The notes: generated by a model from the letters alone, not told the origin. DNA of 64,000 nt from Flavobacteriales bacterium (GCA_017795025.1 CP051243.1:2316897-2380896), one strand, 5' to 3'. Shown: positions 48,701-59,316, counted from the stretch's first letter. Numbers and translations are program-made.

Positions 48701-51700
48701 GTAAAAGAAATGGTATCGCCCTCACAAGCCACGGAAGCACTAAAGTTAGCGATGGAAGAGCCGTATACGGTTACCGTGCGATGGCTCGTATCCGCACAGC
48801 CATTGCTGGAAGAAACCACCAAACTGATTTGGAAAGTGGTATCGTTTAAAGAGCCATTGTGCTGCAAATTAAGACTGGGGTTAAGCTGCGTGCTAAAAGG
48901 ACTGCCATCTAAAAACCATTGCCTAGTTTGGGCGGCCTGCGAGGAATCGCTAAGCTGAATATTTAAAGGACTACAACCTGCCGTATCCGACAAACCAAAG
49001 GCCGAAACGGGATTGGCCAAACTGTAATACCACTGCTCTAAGGTATCGGGTGCACAGCCAAAGGGTCGACTCACAATAAGGCGCAGTAAAATAGAATCCT
49101 CGGGCGCCGTAATCGTGTAAGCAAAAGCTTTGGGGCCATTAAAAGAAGTTCCGGGAATGGGATTCCCTTGAGGGTCAAAAGCCTGCCAGTCATAATTACT
49201 TTGGGGTGCCCACTCTATCGCACGCACAATGGAGGAGTCAATCACAAAGGGCGCGCAATCGCTAAAGCCCGTGGTAATTAAGGAGGCATTGGGAGCCGCC
49301 CTTACGATAATACTATCGCGAAGGGTATCGCTACAAGCAAAGCTATTTTGGGCAATCAGCTGTACATAATAGGAACTATCGGTGTTGCCCGAATTAGAGT
49401 AAAGCAGTGGCCCGGGATTCGCCAAGCCACTACTTTGTCCATTTCCCAAATCCCAAGTAAAGCTCATACTCCCCTGACCCAATCCACTTTGTCCGCTGCT
49501 ACTCAAATTGCTAATCTGCAGGTTAATAGGTCCACAGCTGTCGCGATTCGACAAGCTAAAAGCGGCACTAGGCTTAGGGTACACAGTATACGGTAAGGAG
49601 AAGGTATCGCCGCAACCGCCCGCGTCGGTCACACTTAAGAAGATGCGATACACCACCGAATCATTGGTGCTTATCGGCAAATCAAACTGCGGACTGGCAG
49701 TATTAAGCATAGTGCCCGCTACCGCTGGATTGCTCGTCCAAGTATAATTAAGACCAATCCCGCTAGACAAATTTTGGGGCAGTAAGGACACCGGTCCACA
49801 GCCATTGGCGGCCAAACTAAAAGAAGCGCTGGGGCGTGGCACCACCGTAATATTTTGCTGAAGAGTATCGCTACAGCCATCCACCGAACGCACAAACAGT
49901 TGCACACTATAGGTTTGTGCTCCTCCCCCTTGCTGGTCGGGAATTATCAATTCGCTCGTGGGCAGATGGGTATTGCTCACACTTAGGCCGGCACTAGTGG
50001 TCCAAACCAAGGTATCCAGCTGAGTCCCCTTAAATAAACTAGTACTGCTTAATAGTAGCGTATCCCCTGCGCAAACGGTATCGGCTAGGCTAAAGGCCGC
50101 CTGCGGTTTGGGGTAAATAATTAAGCTGCGGCTGATGGTATCGCGGCAATTAAGTCCCGCCTGTCCTACCACCAATTTTACGGTATAGATCGCATCCTGA
50201 CTAGGCGAAGAATTAGCAGGGCTAAAGCTTATCGATAGTCCGCTGCCAATTAAAGAGTCGTTTAAAAACCATTGATGATTTAAAATGGGGGCCGCCGTAG
50301 AAGTAGCGGTAATGGTACTCCCCACGCAAGTGGCCGTATCACTTAAATTAAAATTACCGCTAGGGGAAGCAATGACCGTAAGATCGAGACTATCTAAATA
50401 CAAACAGGAGTTTCCATCTTGGTAGCTGTAATACACCCGATGCACACCCAATCCGGCCTGCGCGGCATTAAACTGCCCTTGCACATTTACATGAGCCCCA
50501 GACCAAGCACCACCCGTTGGACTGGCGGCATAGTTTAAATCAACCAAGGCCGGACCATCACAAACTAAGGTATCGGGACCCGCATTCACGTTTTGGTAAG
50601 GGTGCTGACTAAGATTAATAGTATCATAATGCAAGCAGCCTAAGGAGTCGGAAACCTCGAGGATATAAGTTCCGGGAATACCTAGGGAGTCGACCCATGG
50701 GTTTAGCACGGTAGTATCCGAAAGATGGGCCACCTGGGCGCCTAGCCAACGAAAGTTGAGGCTTCCCGATCCGCCGCCAATGCTCACATTTAGCTGGGTA
50801 CTATCATTATAACAAACCGGTGGATGCGCTTGCACTTGCGTGCTGATATTCGAGACCCGCAGCCAAAAACTTCCTGAGTCTACACAGCCTGCTGCATCGC
50901 TTAGATATACCAAGATCTTTTGATCGCTGCTCAAGTTGTTCAATTGAATGCTTCCGCCTGGGTTTAGGCTCCCACCCTGTGTTTGCCAGGCAAAACTGTA
51001 GGGTAAACTACCTTGCTGCGCCCCTAGGTTTAAACTAAAACTGGAACCCGAACAGAGGAGAGTATCATTGGGAATATTCAATAAGGGAATGCTATTGATA
51101 TTTACCTGCAGGGTATCGCTTTGCTGGAAGCAGCCATTATCCGCTTCTAAAATCAATTGATAGTTGCCAAAGCTCTGAAAGTCGATAATGGGCGTGCGGG
51201 AGTTGGCATTGGTCCCAGCGGTAAATGTCCAACCGCTACTGGGGCTAATTTGCCAAGTGTATGTATTACTTCCTAAGCTATCCTCAGTAATTATCGGACG
51301 ACTGGGATCATTTAGGTTAAGACTGGCTAAACCACAAATCGTCGTATCGGCCGGCAGCTGCACCAAGGGGGAACCTACCACCCTAAGAGTTACCGTATCC
51401 CTACTAGCTCCACAAGCATTACTGGCTTCAAAAATTAATTGGTAATTCCCACTGCGATGAAAGCTGAGCCCTAAGGCGGTGTCATTTAAGCCTCCCGACA
51501 TAATTGTCCAACCCGTGTTTGGAACCACTTGCCAGGAAACCGAAGTATTTAAGCAAGTAGTTACTAGCGGCGCTAAGTAGTTCATGTTAAGATTCTGACC
51601 GGTGCAAATAAGCGTGTCGGACAGCGCATAACTACCACTGGAAGCTTCGTCGATGCAAATGGTTTTGGTGATGCTATCAATGGCACAAAGCGAAGAACCC

Positions 51701-52962
51701 GAAATCACCATTTTAACGGTATAGGTTCCGGCCTGGGTAAAGCGGATACCCACCGTATCGCTACCAATAACCCAGGTGTTGGGATTATTCAAATTACTGC
51801 GAAAACCTATTTGACCGCGATCCACGATATAGGTGGAAGGGCTAATCTCCCACACCGTATTGGTGGTCGAATCGCAAAGGTAATCCCCATTGCCCCCCGC
51901 TCTATTGAGGGCCGAAGGGCTAAAGCTTAAATTGGAACCGGGGTCAGAGATATTAATCAGACTTACGGTACTACCGCGACAACTATCTAGGGGCATCGAA
52001 AAATCGGCCGTGGGGGGCGAGGAAATGGTAATGGGATCAAAAACCGGAGCGGAGGAACCACAAGGGTTTTCGGCCGAGAACCGCACAAAAAAGGAATTGT
52101 TGTAAGTAGGCGAATGGGCCGCACAGGAAGCCAGGGAATAGGTATGACTAATGGTAGGGGGCGGCGGATGACTAAACACCTGCGTCGTGCTATCATCACT
52201 AAAGTAAACCCGGTAAAGGGTACCTGCCGGGTTTTGACTAAAATTACTGAGGTTATAGGTCATGGTGGCCGTTCCTGTAATCGGATCGATACATAAACCA
52301 TTACTGTTGCCTACGCTACTTATTTGGGCCGCCGGACCGCGACCAAAAAACACTTTTAAGGTATCGCTATCTCCAGGGCAGGGACCATTAAATAGGTTTA
52401 AAATCACGGTATAAATCCCCGGTTGGGTATAAAGGTGATTGGTGGTATCCCAGGTACTGCCCGTTTCTAAAGCACTACCATCGCCAAAATCGATGGAATA
52501 AGAACGGTAGCCACTGGAGAGGTTTTGAAAGTAAAAGCGAAAGCTATTATCATTGGTACATACCGTGTAAATGTCTTCCCCATTAAATTGCAAAAGCGAA
52601 CCACTACTAGCAAACTGCGCTTGCGGAAGGGAGTCACCCACGCGTACCGAAAAGGAATCCTGATCTAAAAGGGCGCCGCCACCCCAAACCTTAACATAGC
52701 TTTGAAAATCGCCGGCTGTTAGGTAAACCGGACTAAAGGGACCGAGACCTATAAACTTCGGGTTTTGAGCGCCGGCCAAATCCCAAACCACACTATCTAC
52801 TGCCGGACCGGTAAAGCTGGCTTGTAAACTGAGACTGCTACTTTGAGGCAGACAGATATCTATATTCCCATTCTGAATAGCGGGACTGCTGCTCAAGCTC
52901 AGTTGCCCCTGACCAAAGAGGGGCAATAGCAAAAAGATAAATATGCGAAGCTTGAGGCGCAT
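45778..52962 (-). CDS. Giant PKD-repeat adhesin-like protein with T9SS type B (gliding-motility-associated) C-terminal domain
   Basis: 2394 aa; many WDFGDG/PxHxY/GxYxVxL PKD units; CTD LNVPSALAPD...N.F.P...YRLRIYDRWGN.VF...WDG...G.Y...G.VTLIR. Confidence 0.9.
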   Translation of the reverse strand: MRLKLRIFIFLLLPLFGQGQLSLSSSPAIQNGNIDICLPQSSSLSLQASFTGPAVDSVVWDLAGAQNPKFIGLGPFSPVYLTAGDFQSYVKVWGGGALLDQDSFSVRVGDSLPQAQFASSGSLLQFNGEDIYTVCTNDNSFRFYFQNLSSGYRSYSIDFGDGSALETGSTWDTTNHLYTQPGIYTVILNLFNGPCPGDSDTLKVFFGRGPAAQISSVGNSNGLCIDPITGTATMTYNLSNFSQNPAGTLYRVYFSDDSTTQVFSHPPPPTISHTYSLASCAAHSPTYNNSFFVRFSAENPCGSSAPVFDPITISSPPTADFSMPLDSCRGSTVSLINISDPGSNLSFSPSALNRAGGNGDYLCDSTTNTVWEISPSTYIVDRGQIGFRSNLNNPNTWVIGSDTVGIRFTQAGTYTVKMVISGSSLCAIDSITKTICIDEASSGSYALSDTLICTGQNLNMNYLAPLVTTCLNTSVSWQVVPNTGWTIMSGGLNDTALGLSFHRSGNYQLIFEASNACGASRDTVTLRVVGSPLVQLPADTTICGLASLNLNDPSRPIITEDSLGSNTYTWQISPSSGWTFTAGTNANSRTPIIDFQSFGNYQLILEADNGCFQQSDTLQVNINSIPLLNIPNDTLLCSGSSFSLNLGAQQGSLPYSFAWQTQGGSLNPGGSIQLNNLSSDQKILVYLSDAAGCVDSGSFWLRVSNISTQVQAHPPVCYNDSTQLNVSIGGGSGSLNFRWLGAQVAHLSDTTVLNPWVDSLGIPGTYILEVSDSLGCLHYDTINLSQHPYQNVNAGPDTLVCDGPALVDLNYAASPTGGAWSGAHVNVQGQFNAAQAGLGVHRVYYSYQDGNSCLYLDSLDLTVIASPSGNFNLSDTATCVGSTITATSTAAPILNHQWFLNDSLIGSGLSISFSPANSSPSQDAIYTVKLVVGQAGLNCRDTISRSLIIYPKPQAAFSLADTVCAGDTLLLSSTSLFKGTQLDTLVWTTSAGLSVSNTHLPTSELIIPDQQGGGAQTYSVQLFVRSVDGCSDTLQQNITVVPRPSASFSLAANGCGPVSLLPQNLSSGIGLNYTWTSNPAVAGTMLNTASPQFDLPISTNDSVVYRIFLSVTDAGGCGDTFSLPYTVYPKPSAAFSLSNRDSCGPINLQISNLSSSGQSGLGQGSMSFTWDLGNGQSSGLANPGPLLYSNSGNTDSSYYVQLIAQNSFACSDTLRDSIIVRAAPNASLITTGFSDCAPFVIDSSIVRAIEWAPQSNYDWQAFDPQGNPIPGTSFNGPKAFAYTITAPEDSILLRLIVSRPFGCAPDTLEQWYYSLANPVSAFGLSDTAGCSPLNIQLSDSSQAAQTRQWFLDGSPFSTQLNPSLNLQHNGSLNDTTFQISLVVSSSNGCADTSHRTVTVYGSSIANFSASVACEGDTISFTDLSQSLGSIIHWQWDFGDGNNDTLPNPSHLYAGVGPHQVTLTVTDDRGCSASFSDTVEVYPFPLAAFGKLGNCEPLRWCRDQSISLSDSSTVASAGAPITNWYWDVDEDGIDDYTVQNPNHTYTSTGFKEVRLIVETAFGCRDTAYRTFKVIELPQSDFSFDTVQACGPYSVNLSNSSTGRIDARQWTIFTRDAQGNRQVMHTDTNAQLNQSFLLQSGFREDTTYYFELISSNCCGADTLVRSITLAPHPVAAFLPSANVGCAPFPVNFQIDGLTTGAPNYLVLDYGDGQVDTLNPSWIVNPSGDSVRVFGQPTHLYQNPSAVDTTYYPSLRAVNDCGDSTVSLSITVRPSAVQAFMQASVVSGCAPLQVSFTDFSFGGTSVSWCLDWDPISGSCNQPVNSGTTISTTYQTAGTYIVAQFVDDGCSYDTAFQVITVNPSPLANFSSNNFVCEGDSVFFNDLSTPNGGFISSYRWYFGDGDSSTLTSPVHIYDTAGVMEVVLIIQSSNACPDTFSQSITIFDKPEVNFGYQNACFNQQPLQFSDSTTLINGSIVGTLWDFGDGNTSTSLNPQHSYASPGLYTVTLSKTSSNGCVDSAQLNVNVYPQPVANYRYQRLSGDSCSVPQVLQFTSTSSGAQGFYWDFDFANNPGVHTATVANPQFQFNQYGIYEVALIVSNAFGCSDTIIQMVSIRPAPEAGFSATTELGCEPLAVQFVDTSNYNFSGGAINSWTWDFGDGKQSNDPNPQHIYLEEGFYTPSLIVQTDGGCSDTILGDPIRVYPTPSAGFEMEKLTAREVQFTSLSGNIDSSTVVLWDFGDGTGSGALNPRHRFPYDLTLGPRNVEVCLYLINGFGCGDTICQELLLESLQLNVPSALAPDVISGTESNVFLPKGHSLLEYRLRIYDRWGNIVFETTALDEEGKPVEAWDGTHQGNGSILPMGAYTWRIDAVFNDGSIWLGQENGRTRKNIGSVTLIR

Positions 52963-53284
52963 CTCGCTTGTTTGGGGGTTGATTATAAGTCATTTATAGA
53001 GCTTTGAAAAGTAAAAAACGCGAATTGCTTTAAGGTAAAGGGAAGCTTAAAAATACGACCACTAAATGTTGCCTTATAAGAAATTAAACATCAGCTAATT
53101 AACTAATAGTCAATTTAAAAAATGATACTTGTAGAAAAAGTGATAGTGTTTTTACTACAAGCTAAAGCCCCTTATTGGCATTGGAAATAATGAAAAAGAA
53201 GAAAAAGTGATAGTGACGACATCCGTTAATTGTCGAAGAAGAAAGTAAACTTTATTCTAAAGTTAAAAAGCGACTATTTTTCGC

Positions 53285-53812
53285 TTACTTCTGGACTTGA
53301 ATCCAGTCGATTAAAAGGTCGAATTCTTCTGCTTTGTAATTCGCGATTAAGAAGGCTATTTCTTCAATTTTGCTGCCCTTAAAATTGGACAAGTCCAGCT
53401 TTTGCCCTCTAAAGGAGGGGTAAAAATCGGCGAGGGGCAGCTCAATTTCCTGCCATTCGCCACTGGTTTCAAAATACTGGATATAAGAGTAGCGCTTGCT
53501 GGCTTCATCCTTAATTCGCAATTGATAGCGTTTGCCATCCCCTTTTAGGCGCAGGCGAATACTGGCATACCCTTCCACTGAAGTATTGCTAGCAGAATGG
53601 CGAACCGAGGAAAAGCCCCCGTTGTTCTCCAAAGAAACGTAGCCATGGAAATGCCCATGCCCTTCCGCATTAATCTCGAAATTTCCGGAGGAACGTCCGC
53701 CCATCACCACATCATCCACTATGCGCCAATCGGTAGCCGGCGATTCCGCCTTAAAGTCATAAAGGGTAGCAGGGCTCATAAACATGTTTAAAAAGGTAAT
53801 AATGAGGAACAT
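53285..53812 (-). CDS. CIA30 (NDUFAF1-like) family protein
   Basis: WRIVDDVVMGGRSSG, VSLENNGGFSSVR and LKGDGKRY. Start moved to ATG 53812 to leave room for the divergent promoter. Confidence 0.85.
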   Translation of the reverse strand: MFLIITFLNMFMSPATLYDFKAESPATDWRIVDDVVMGGRSSGNFEINAEGHGHFHGYVSLENNGGFSSVRHSASNTSVEGYASIRLRLKGDGKRYQLRIKDEASKRYSYIQYFETSGEWQEIELPLADFYPSFRGQKLDLSNFKGSKIEEIAFLIANYKAEEFDLLIDWIQVQK

Positions 53813-53912
53813 CGGGAATTTTAGAAACCTAACTAGCTTCCCTAAAAATTGTTCAGTTTTTCTTGCACTCTCAGGCTCTAGCCTTTTACTTAGCGTAAAA
53901 AGCACACTTTAG

Positions 53913-56588
53913 ATGTATACCACCGAAGCCTACTTAAACCCCGCCCAAATCGTTCAAGACCAAGAGTGGTTAAAGAGCGAATTGCTCTCCATCCTTAAGG
54001 AAAGTGATGCTAAAAGTCTCCTCAACGAAGAAAGTGAGGACTGGTCCCTGCAGCGCATCAAGTTTTACCTTACCCTCTTTCAGCTCTTTAACTTGGTAGA
54101 GGAAAACGCTCATCAGCTGAACCGCCAAGCCTTAAGGGAAAACAATAAAGGCAGCGAAATTTCGGGAACTTGGGCTAAGGTTTTTAAGCAACTCAAAAAT
54201 GCGGGGATTCCCCCCAGCGAGCTGGCGGCAAAAATTGGGGAATTGCGCTTGGCTCCGGTTTTTACCGCCCATCCCACCGAATCAAAACGCTTTACCATTC
54301 AAGAGCACCTCCGTAAAATATTTGTGCAGGTGCAGGAATTAAGTCGCATCCCCCACGCCCAAAGAAGCAGTCACCCTAGCTACCCGCAGTTTAAAGGCAA
54401 CCTCGAAATTCTGTGGCGCACGGGTAACATCTACCTGCAAAAGCCGACCCTGCAAGCGGAAGTAAAGGAAAAGCTGTACTACTTTAAAAAAGCTTTACCC
54501 CAAGGAATTTTAGATGTGGATCAAAAGCTCGAAAAAGAATATGCGGCACTGGGTTTAGCGCCTTCCGACTATGCCTACCCGCATTGGGAGTTTGGAAATT
54601 GGGTGGGCGGCGATCGCGATGGACATCCCCTGGTAACCGATGAAGTGACCCGCGATACCTTTGCTGTGTTTCGTCGAAAGGGCCTCGATTTAATTGATGA
54701 TAGTTTGGCCAAATTGGGGCAAAAACTCAGTCTTAGCGCTGCGATGCATCCTATTCCCGATTGGATGCAAAAGCATTTAAACGAGCTTAAAGACCAGCAA
54801 GGTCCAGGGATAGCAGAAACCCTCGAACGCAATCAGCATGAACCTTGGCGGCAATGGGTTTCCCTCTTACGTAATGCGCTGCCCCAGGAGCCTTCCGAAA
54901 GCCATCACTTTAAAGACCATAAAGAACTCTTGGCCGAGCTAGAGCTGATGCAGCAAAGTTTAGGGGCGGTAGATTGCGAAAATATCGCGAAGGTTTTCCT
55001 GCGCCCGACCCTGCGAACAGTTGAAACATTTGGCTTCCACTTGGCACGAATTGATATTCGACAAAATAGCCACACCCATGATTTGGCCCTCAGTGAAATT
55101 TTGGCCAAAGCTGGATTTGAGCGCAGCGACTTTGTGAATTGGTCGGAAGAAGAACGCTTGCGCTTTTTAAGTGAGGAGTTACAAAGAGCCCGACCCTTTT
55201 TGGTTAAAGCTGAGGAAGCTGGTCCCCATGCTCAAAAGGTTATCGCTGCCTTGCGGGTGATGGCCGAAATTTACCAGCAACACGGCAGGGCCCCGATTGG
55301 CTCTTTAATCATTAGCATGACCCGCTCTCTTTCAGACTTACTATGCCTCTTAAGTCTGCTGCGGGAAGTAGGTCTTTGTGGTTACGACCAAGGCACCTGC
55401 TACAGCTTTCTGCCGGTGGTTCCCCTATTTGAAACCATCGACGACCTGGCGCGCAGTCGCCATATTTTAGAAGCTTGGTTTCAACATCCAACAGGAAAGG
55501 CCAGCCTTTTTAAAAATCTGCAAAACAATGGCCGCCCCTTGCAAGAGGTAATGGTAGGCTATAGCGACAGCAATAAAGATGGGGGCAAAACGGCCAGTAT
55601 TTGGGCCCTGTATCAAGGTCAGGAACAAATGGCCAATTTGGCCGAAGAATGCGGCATCGACATCCGCTTTTTCCACGGACGAGGAGGAAGCATTAGCAGA
55701 GGGGGAGGTCCCACGCATCGGTTTATGGAAGCCCTCCCTCCGGGAACCCTAAGTGGGGGCATCCGTTGGACCGACCAAGGCGAAACCATTGCCTTAAAAT
55801 ATGCGCAACGACCCACTCGAAGCTATCAATTAGAACTTTGGGCCGCCGGCAGCTTACGCAGCACCCTGCTTCCTAGCGCCCAAGAACGACTTGCGGCTAA
55901 GTGGCGAAGTTTGATGCAGTTTACCGCCGATCGCAGTTTTAAGCATTACCGACAATTACTAGAAAAGGAAGGCTTTGTGCAGTTTTTCCGTCAGGCCACC
56001 CCCATTGATATTATCGAGCAAAGTAGGATTGGTTCCCGTCCCGCCAAACGCAGCGGTAAAAATAGTCTTGCCGATTTACGCGCTATCCCCTGGGTATTTA
56101 GTTGGTCGCAATCACGCTTTATGCTTTCGGCCTGGTATGGATTTGGGTCGGCGATGGCCGATTTGGAACGGGAGCGTCCCGAGGATTTTGCCCTCCTAAA
56201 AGCAGAAGGCAGTAAACACCCTTTAAGCCGCTATTTGCTCACCAATATAAGCATGGGCATTATGCGGGCCGAACCCGACTTGATGGAAGCTTATGCGGAG
56301 CTTGCTGAGCCCTCGATCCGAAAAACTTTCCTGCCCCTGATTTTGGAAGAGTACCGCCAAGCCTTGCATTATATCGAAGTGGTTTACGGGGAAACCTTAA
56401 AACAGCGACGCAGTCGAACCACCACGATTTTAAACTTCCGCAACCAAATTTTAAAACCGCTGCACAAGGAGCAAATTCGCCTTTTAAGCCTGTATCGTGC
56501 GGCAGACGAAAATGGAAAAGCCGACTTAATTGACTCCCAACTTCACCTCTTAAGTGCGATTGCAGGTGGCTTGCAGGTTACGGGCTAG
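53913..56588 (+). CDS. ppc: Phosphoenolpyruvate carboxylase
   Basis: FTAHPTE, WVGGDRDG, VVPLFETI, VMVGYSDSNKDGG, FFHGRGGSISRGGG and LRAIPWVFSW. Confidence 0.95.
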   Translation: MYTTEAYLNPAQIVQDQEWLKSELLSILKESDAKSLLNEESEDWSLQRIKFYLTLFQLFNLVEENAHQLNRQALRENNKGSEISGTWAKVFKQLKNAGIPPSELAAKIGELRLAPVFTAHPTESKRFTIQEHLRKIFVQVQELSRIPHAQRSSHPSYPQFKGNLEILWRTGNIYLQKPTLQAEVKEKLYYFKKALPQGILDVDQKLEKEYAALGLAPSDYAYPHWEFGNWVGGDRDGHPLVTDEVTRDTFAVFRRKGLDLIDDSLAKLGQKLSLSAAMHPIPDWMQKHLNELKDQQGPGIAETLERNQHEPWRQWVSLLRNALPQEPSESHHFKDHKELLAELELMQQSLGAVDCENIAKVFLRPTLRTVETFGFHLARIDIRQNSHTHDLALSEILAKAGFERSDFVNWSEEERLRFLSEELQRARPFLVKAEEAGPHAQKVIAALRVMAEIYQQHGRAPIGSLIISMTRSLSDLLCLLSLLREVGLCGYDQGTCYSFLPVVPLFETIDDLARSRHILEAWFQHPTGKASLFKNLQNNGRPLQEVMVGYSDSNKDGGKTASIWALYQGQEQMANLAEECGIDIRFFHGRGGSISRGGGPTHRFMEALPPGTLSGGIRWTDQGETIALKYAQRPTRSYQLELWAAGSLRSTLLPSAQERLAAKWRSLMQFTADRSFKHYRQLLEKEGFVQFFRQATPIDIIEQSRIGSRPAKRSGKNSLADLRAIPWVFSWSQSRFMLSAWYGFGSAMADLERERPEDFALLKAEGSKHPLSRYLLTNISMGIMRAEPDLMEAYAELAEPSIRKTFLPLILEEYRQALHYIEVVYGETLKQRRSRTTTILNFRNQILKPLHKEQIRLLSLYRAADENGKADLIDSQLHLLSAIAGGLQVTG

Positions 56589-56657
56589 CCTGTGAAAAGT
56601 CATACTTTTTCCTTTATGGTTACCTTAGTTTAGAACCCTTTAACCGAAGCACAAGCG

Positions 56658-58571
56658 ATGCGATTGCAAGCCAAAATTCCAGAAGGACCACTAGAACAAA
56701 AATGGACGCGTTACAAGGCGGCAGCCAAGCTGATTAACCCGGCAAATCGCGCCAAATACAAAATTATTGTTGTGGGCACTGGCTTGGCGGGTAGCTCCTG
56801 CGCAGCGAGCATGGCCGAACTAGGCTTTCAGGTGGAGGTATTTAGTTTTCACGACTCACCACGCCGGGCCCATTCGGTAGCGGCCCAAGGAGGCGTAAAT
56901 GCAGCCAAGGATTACAAGAACGATGGCGACAGCGTTTGGAGGATGTTTCACGATACCTTAAAGGGTGGTGACTTTAGAGCCCGGGAGGCGAATGTTTATC
57001 GCTTGGCAGAGTGCTCCGCCTCCTTGATTGACCAAGCTGTAGCCCAGGGTGTGCCCTTTGCTCGAGAATATGGCGGCTACCTTAGCAATCGGTCTTTTGG
57101 TGGGGTCCAAGTAAGCCGAACCTTTTACGCCCGTGGTCAAACTGGCCAACAACTCTTACAAGGCGCTTATCAAAGCTTAATGCGACAATCAGGTTTAGGA
57201 AAATTAAAACTTCATACCCGCCATGAAATGTTGGACCTGTTGCTACACAAAGGACGTGCTAGCGGCATCGTTTGTCGCAATTTGGACAATGGCAGCATCG
57301 AAAGCTTTGAGGCCGATGCGGTAGTATTGGCGACTGGTGGATACGGTAAGATATACTACCTCAGTACCCTAGCCATGAACTGCAACGCCACGGCAATATG
57401 GAGAGCCCATAAAAAAGGAGCTGGTTTTGCAGCGCCTAGCTGGACACAGTTTCACCCTACCTCGCTTCCGCAGATGGGTAGCCACCAAAGCAAACTTACT
57501 TTAATGAGTGAGTCGCTTCGAAACGACGGTCGAATTTGGGTCCCAAAAGCAAAGAATGACCAACGGTTGCCCGGAACCATTCCCGAGGAAGAAAGGGATT
57601 ACTATTTAGAACGGAGATATCCCTCTTACGGGAACTTAGCCCCTCGTGACATTGCCTCCCGAGCAGCGCTAGATCGTATTGAAAAAGGCTATGGAGTAGG
57701 GCCCATGCAAAATGCCGTGTACCTCGATTTTAAGGACGCTTTAGAAAAGCATGGTCGGGAGACTATTCGTCAACGCTATGGCAATTTATTCGGGATGTAT
57801 CAAAAAATTACGGGCATTAACGCTTATGAACAACCGATGCTTATTGCCCCAGCGGCCCACTTTTCCATGGGTGGACTTTGGGTAGACTACGGCTTGATGA
57901 GCAATTTGGAGGGCCTCTTCGTATTGGGAGAAGCCAATTTTTCGGACCATGGCGCCAATCGATTAGGGGCTAATTCCTTGCTGCAAGCCTGCGTTGATGG
58001 CTATTTTATCGCCCCCCATTCCCTAATGGATTTTTTAGCTCGCTCCGGGGCTATCGAAATTACCGCCGAACGCCAATCTAATGCCCAAGCCTCGAAAGCT
58101 CAAATCGAAGATCAGCTCCAAAGCCTGCTTTCCATAAAGGGTAAAACCAGTGCCGAGGAATTCCACCAAGCCTTAGGTAAAATCCTTTATGAAAAATGTG
58201 GCTTGCGGCGCGAACGTGAAAATTTAGAACATGCCCTTAAGGAAATTGAAGCCTTACGAGAGCGCTTTTACCAAGATTTAATGATACCGGGAACCGCCAA
58301 GGAAATCAACTTTGAATTAGAGAAAGCCGGCCGGCTTGCCGATTACATCGATTTAGGCGCTCTTATTGTGCAGGATGCCCTACAAAGAGAAGAATCCTGC
58401 GGGGCCCACTTTCGGGAAGAACATCAAACCGAGGAGGGAGAAGCACGTCGAAACGATGCGGATTTCCAATATGTTTCCGTTTGGGAATACCTAAAGCCTT
58501 TAACCTACCAATTGCACGCTGAGCCGCTAACTTTTGATGCCGTGCAACCCAGTCAAAGAAGCTATAAATAG
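56658..58571 (+). CDS. sdhA: Succinate dehydrogenase/fumarate reductase flavoprotein subunit
   Basis: [19 protein letters not shown] (FAD-binding His), [29 protein letters not shown] and EESCGAHFR. Confidence 0.95.
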   Translation: MRLQAKIPEGPLEQKWTRYKAAAKLINPANRAKYKIIVVGTGLAGSSCAASMAELGFQVEVFSFHDSPRRAHSVAAQGGVNAAKDYKNDGDSVWRMFHDTLKGGDFRAREANVYRLAECSASLIDQAVAQGVPFAREYGGYLSNRSFGGVQVSRTFYARGQTGQQLLQGAYQSLMRQSGLGKLKLHTRHEMLDLLLHKGRASGIVCRNLDNGSIESFEADAVVLATGGYGKIYYLSTLAMNCNATAIWRAHKKGAGFAAPSWTQFHPTSLPQMGSHQSKLTLMSESLRNDGRIWVPKAKNDQRLPGTIPEEERDYYLERRYPSYGNLAPRDIASRAALDRIEKGYGVGPMQNAVYLDFKDALEKHGRETIRQRYGNLFGMYQKITGINAYEQPMLIAPAAHFSMGGLWVDYGLMSNLEGLFVLGEANFSDHGANRLGANSLLQACVDGYFIAPHSLMDFLARSGAIEITAERQSNAQASKAQIEDQLQSLLSIKGKTSAEEFHQALGKILYEKCGLRRERENLEHALKEIEALRERFYQDLMIPGTAKEINFELEKAGRLADYIDLGALIVQDALQREESCGAHFREEHQTEEGEARRNDADFQYVSVWEYLKPLTYQLHAEPLTFDAVQPSQRSYK

Positions 58572-58572
58572 T

Positions 58573-59316
58573 ATGGAACTGAAATTAAAAATCTGGCGTC
58601 AAAACAGCCCAGAAGAAAAGGGTTCTTTTAAAGAATATCAACGTTCGGACTTCGACCCCGCCATGTCGATTCCCGAAATGCTGGACCATCTAAATTTACA
58701 TTTGATGCGAGCAGGGGAGCGACCCATAAGCTTTGAAAGCGACTGCCGGGAGGGTATATGCGGACAATGTGGCTTTATGATTAATGGGCAAGCCCATGGA
58801 CCCGAAAAAGGAAGTACCGCTTGCCAAACCCATCTGCGGAGTTTTAAGGATGGGGATACCCTTTGGTTGGAACCCTTTCGCGCCCGTGCCTTTCCCTTAA
58901 AACGCGATTTAATGGTAGACCGCAGTGCTTTCGACGATATTATTGCTGTCGGTGGTTTTATTAGTGTCGACACCGGACCGGCTCCAGAAGCAAATAGCAT
59001 TTTAATTGCTCATCAAACCGCCGAAGATGCTTTCGATGCGGCGGCCTGTATAGGCTGTGGTGCCTGCGTTGCAGCTTGCCCGAATGCTAGTGCCTCTCTC
59101 TTTACCGCTGCCAAATTGAATCACTTGGCCCTCTTGCCTCAGGGCAAAATCGAAGCCCAAGAACGTGTGCTACAAATGGTTGAAGCCATGGACCTAAAGG
59201 GATTTGGCGCTTGTAGTTTAATTGGCGCCTGTGAGCTGGTTTGTCCGCAAGGGATTTCACTCGATAATATTGCCAAAATGAATGGAGCTTACCGTAAAGC
59301 GAATTGGGGCTTTTAG
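58573..59316 (+). CDS. sdhB: Succinate dehydrogenase/fumarate reductase iron-sulfur subunit
   Basis: CREGICGQC...C, CIGCGACVAAC and CSLIGACELVCP clusters; ATG 58573 preferred. Confidence 0.93.
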   Translation: MELKLKIWRQNSPEEKGSFKEYQRSDFDPAMSIPEMLDHLNLHLMRAGERPISFESDCREGICGQCGFMINGQAHGPEKGSTACQTHLRSFKDGDTLWLEPFRARAFPLKRDLMVDRSAFDDIIAVGGFISVDTGPAPEANSILIAHQTAEDAFDAAACIGCGACVAACPNASASLFTAAKLNHLALLPQGKIEAQERVLQMVEAMDLKGFGACSLIGACELVCPQGISLDNIAKMNGAYRKANWGF

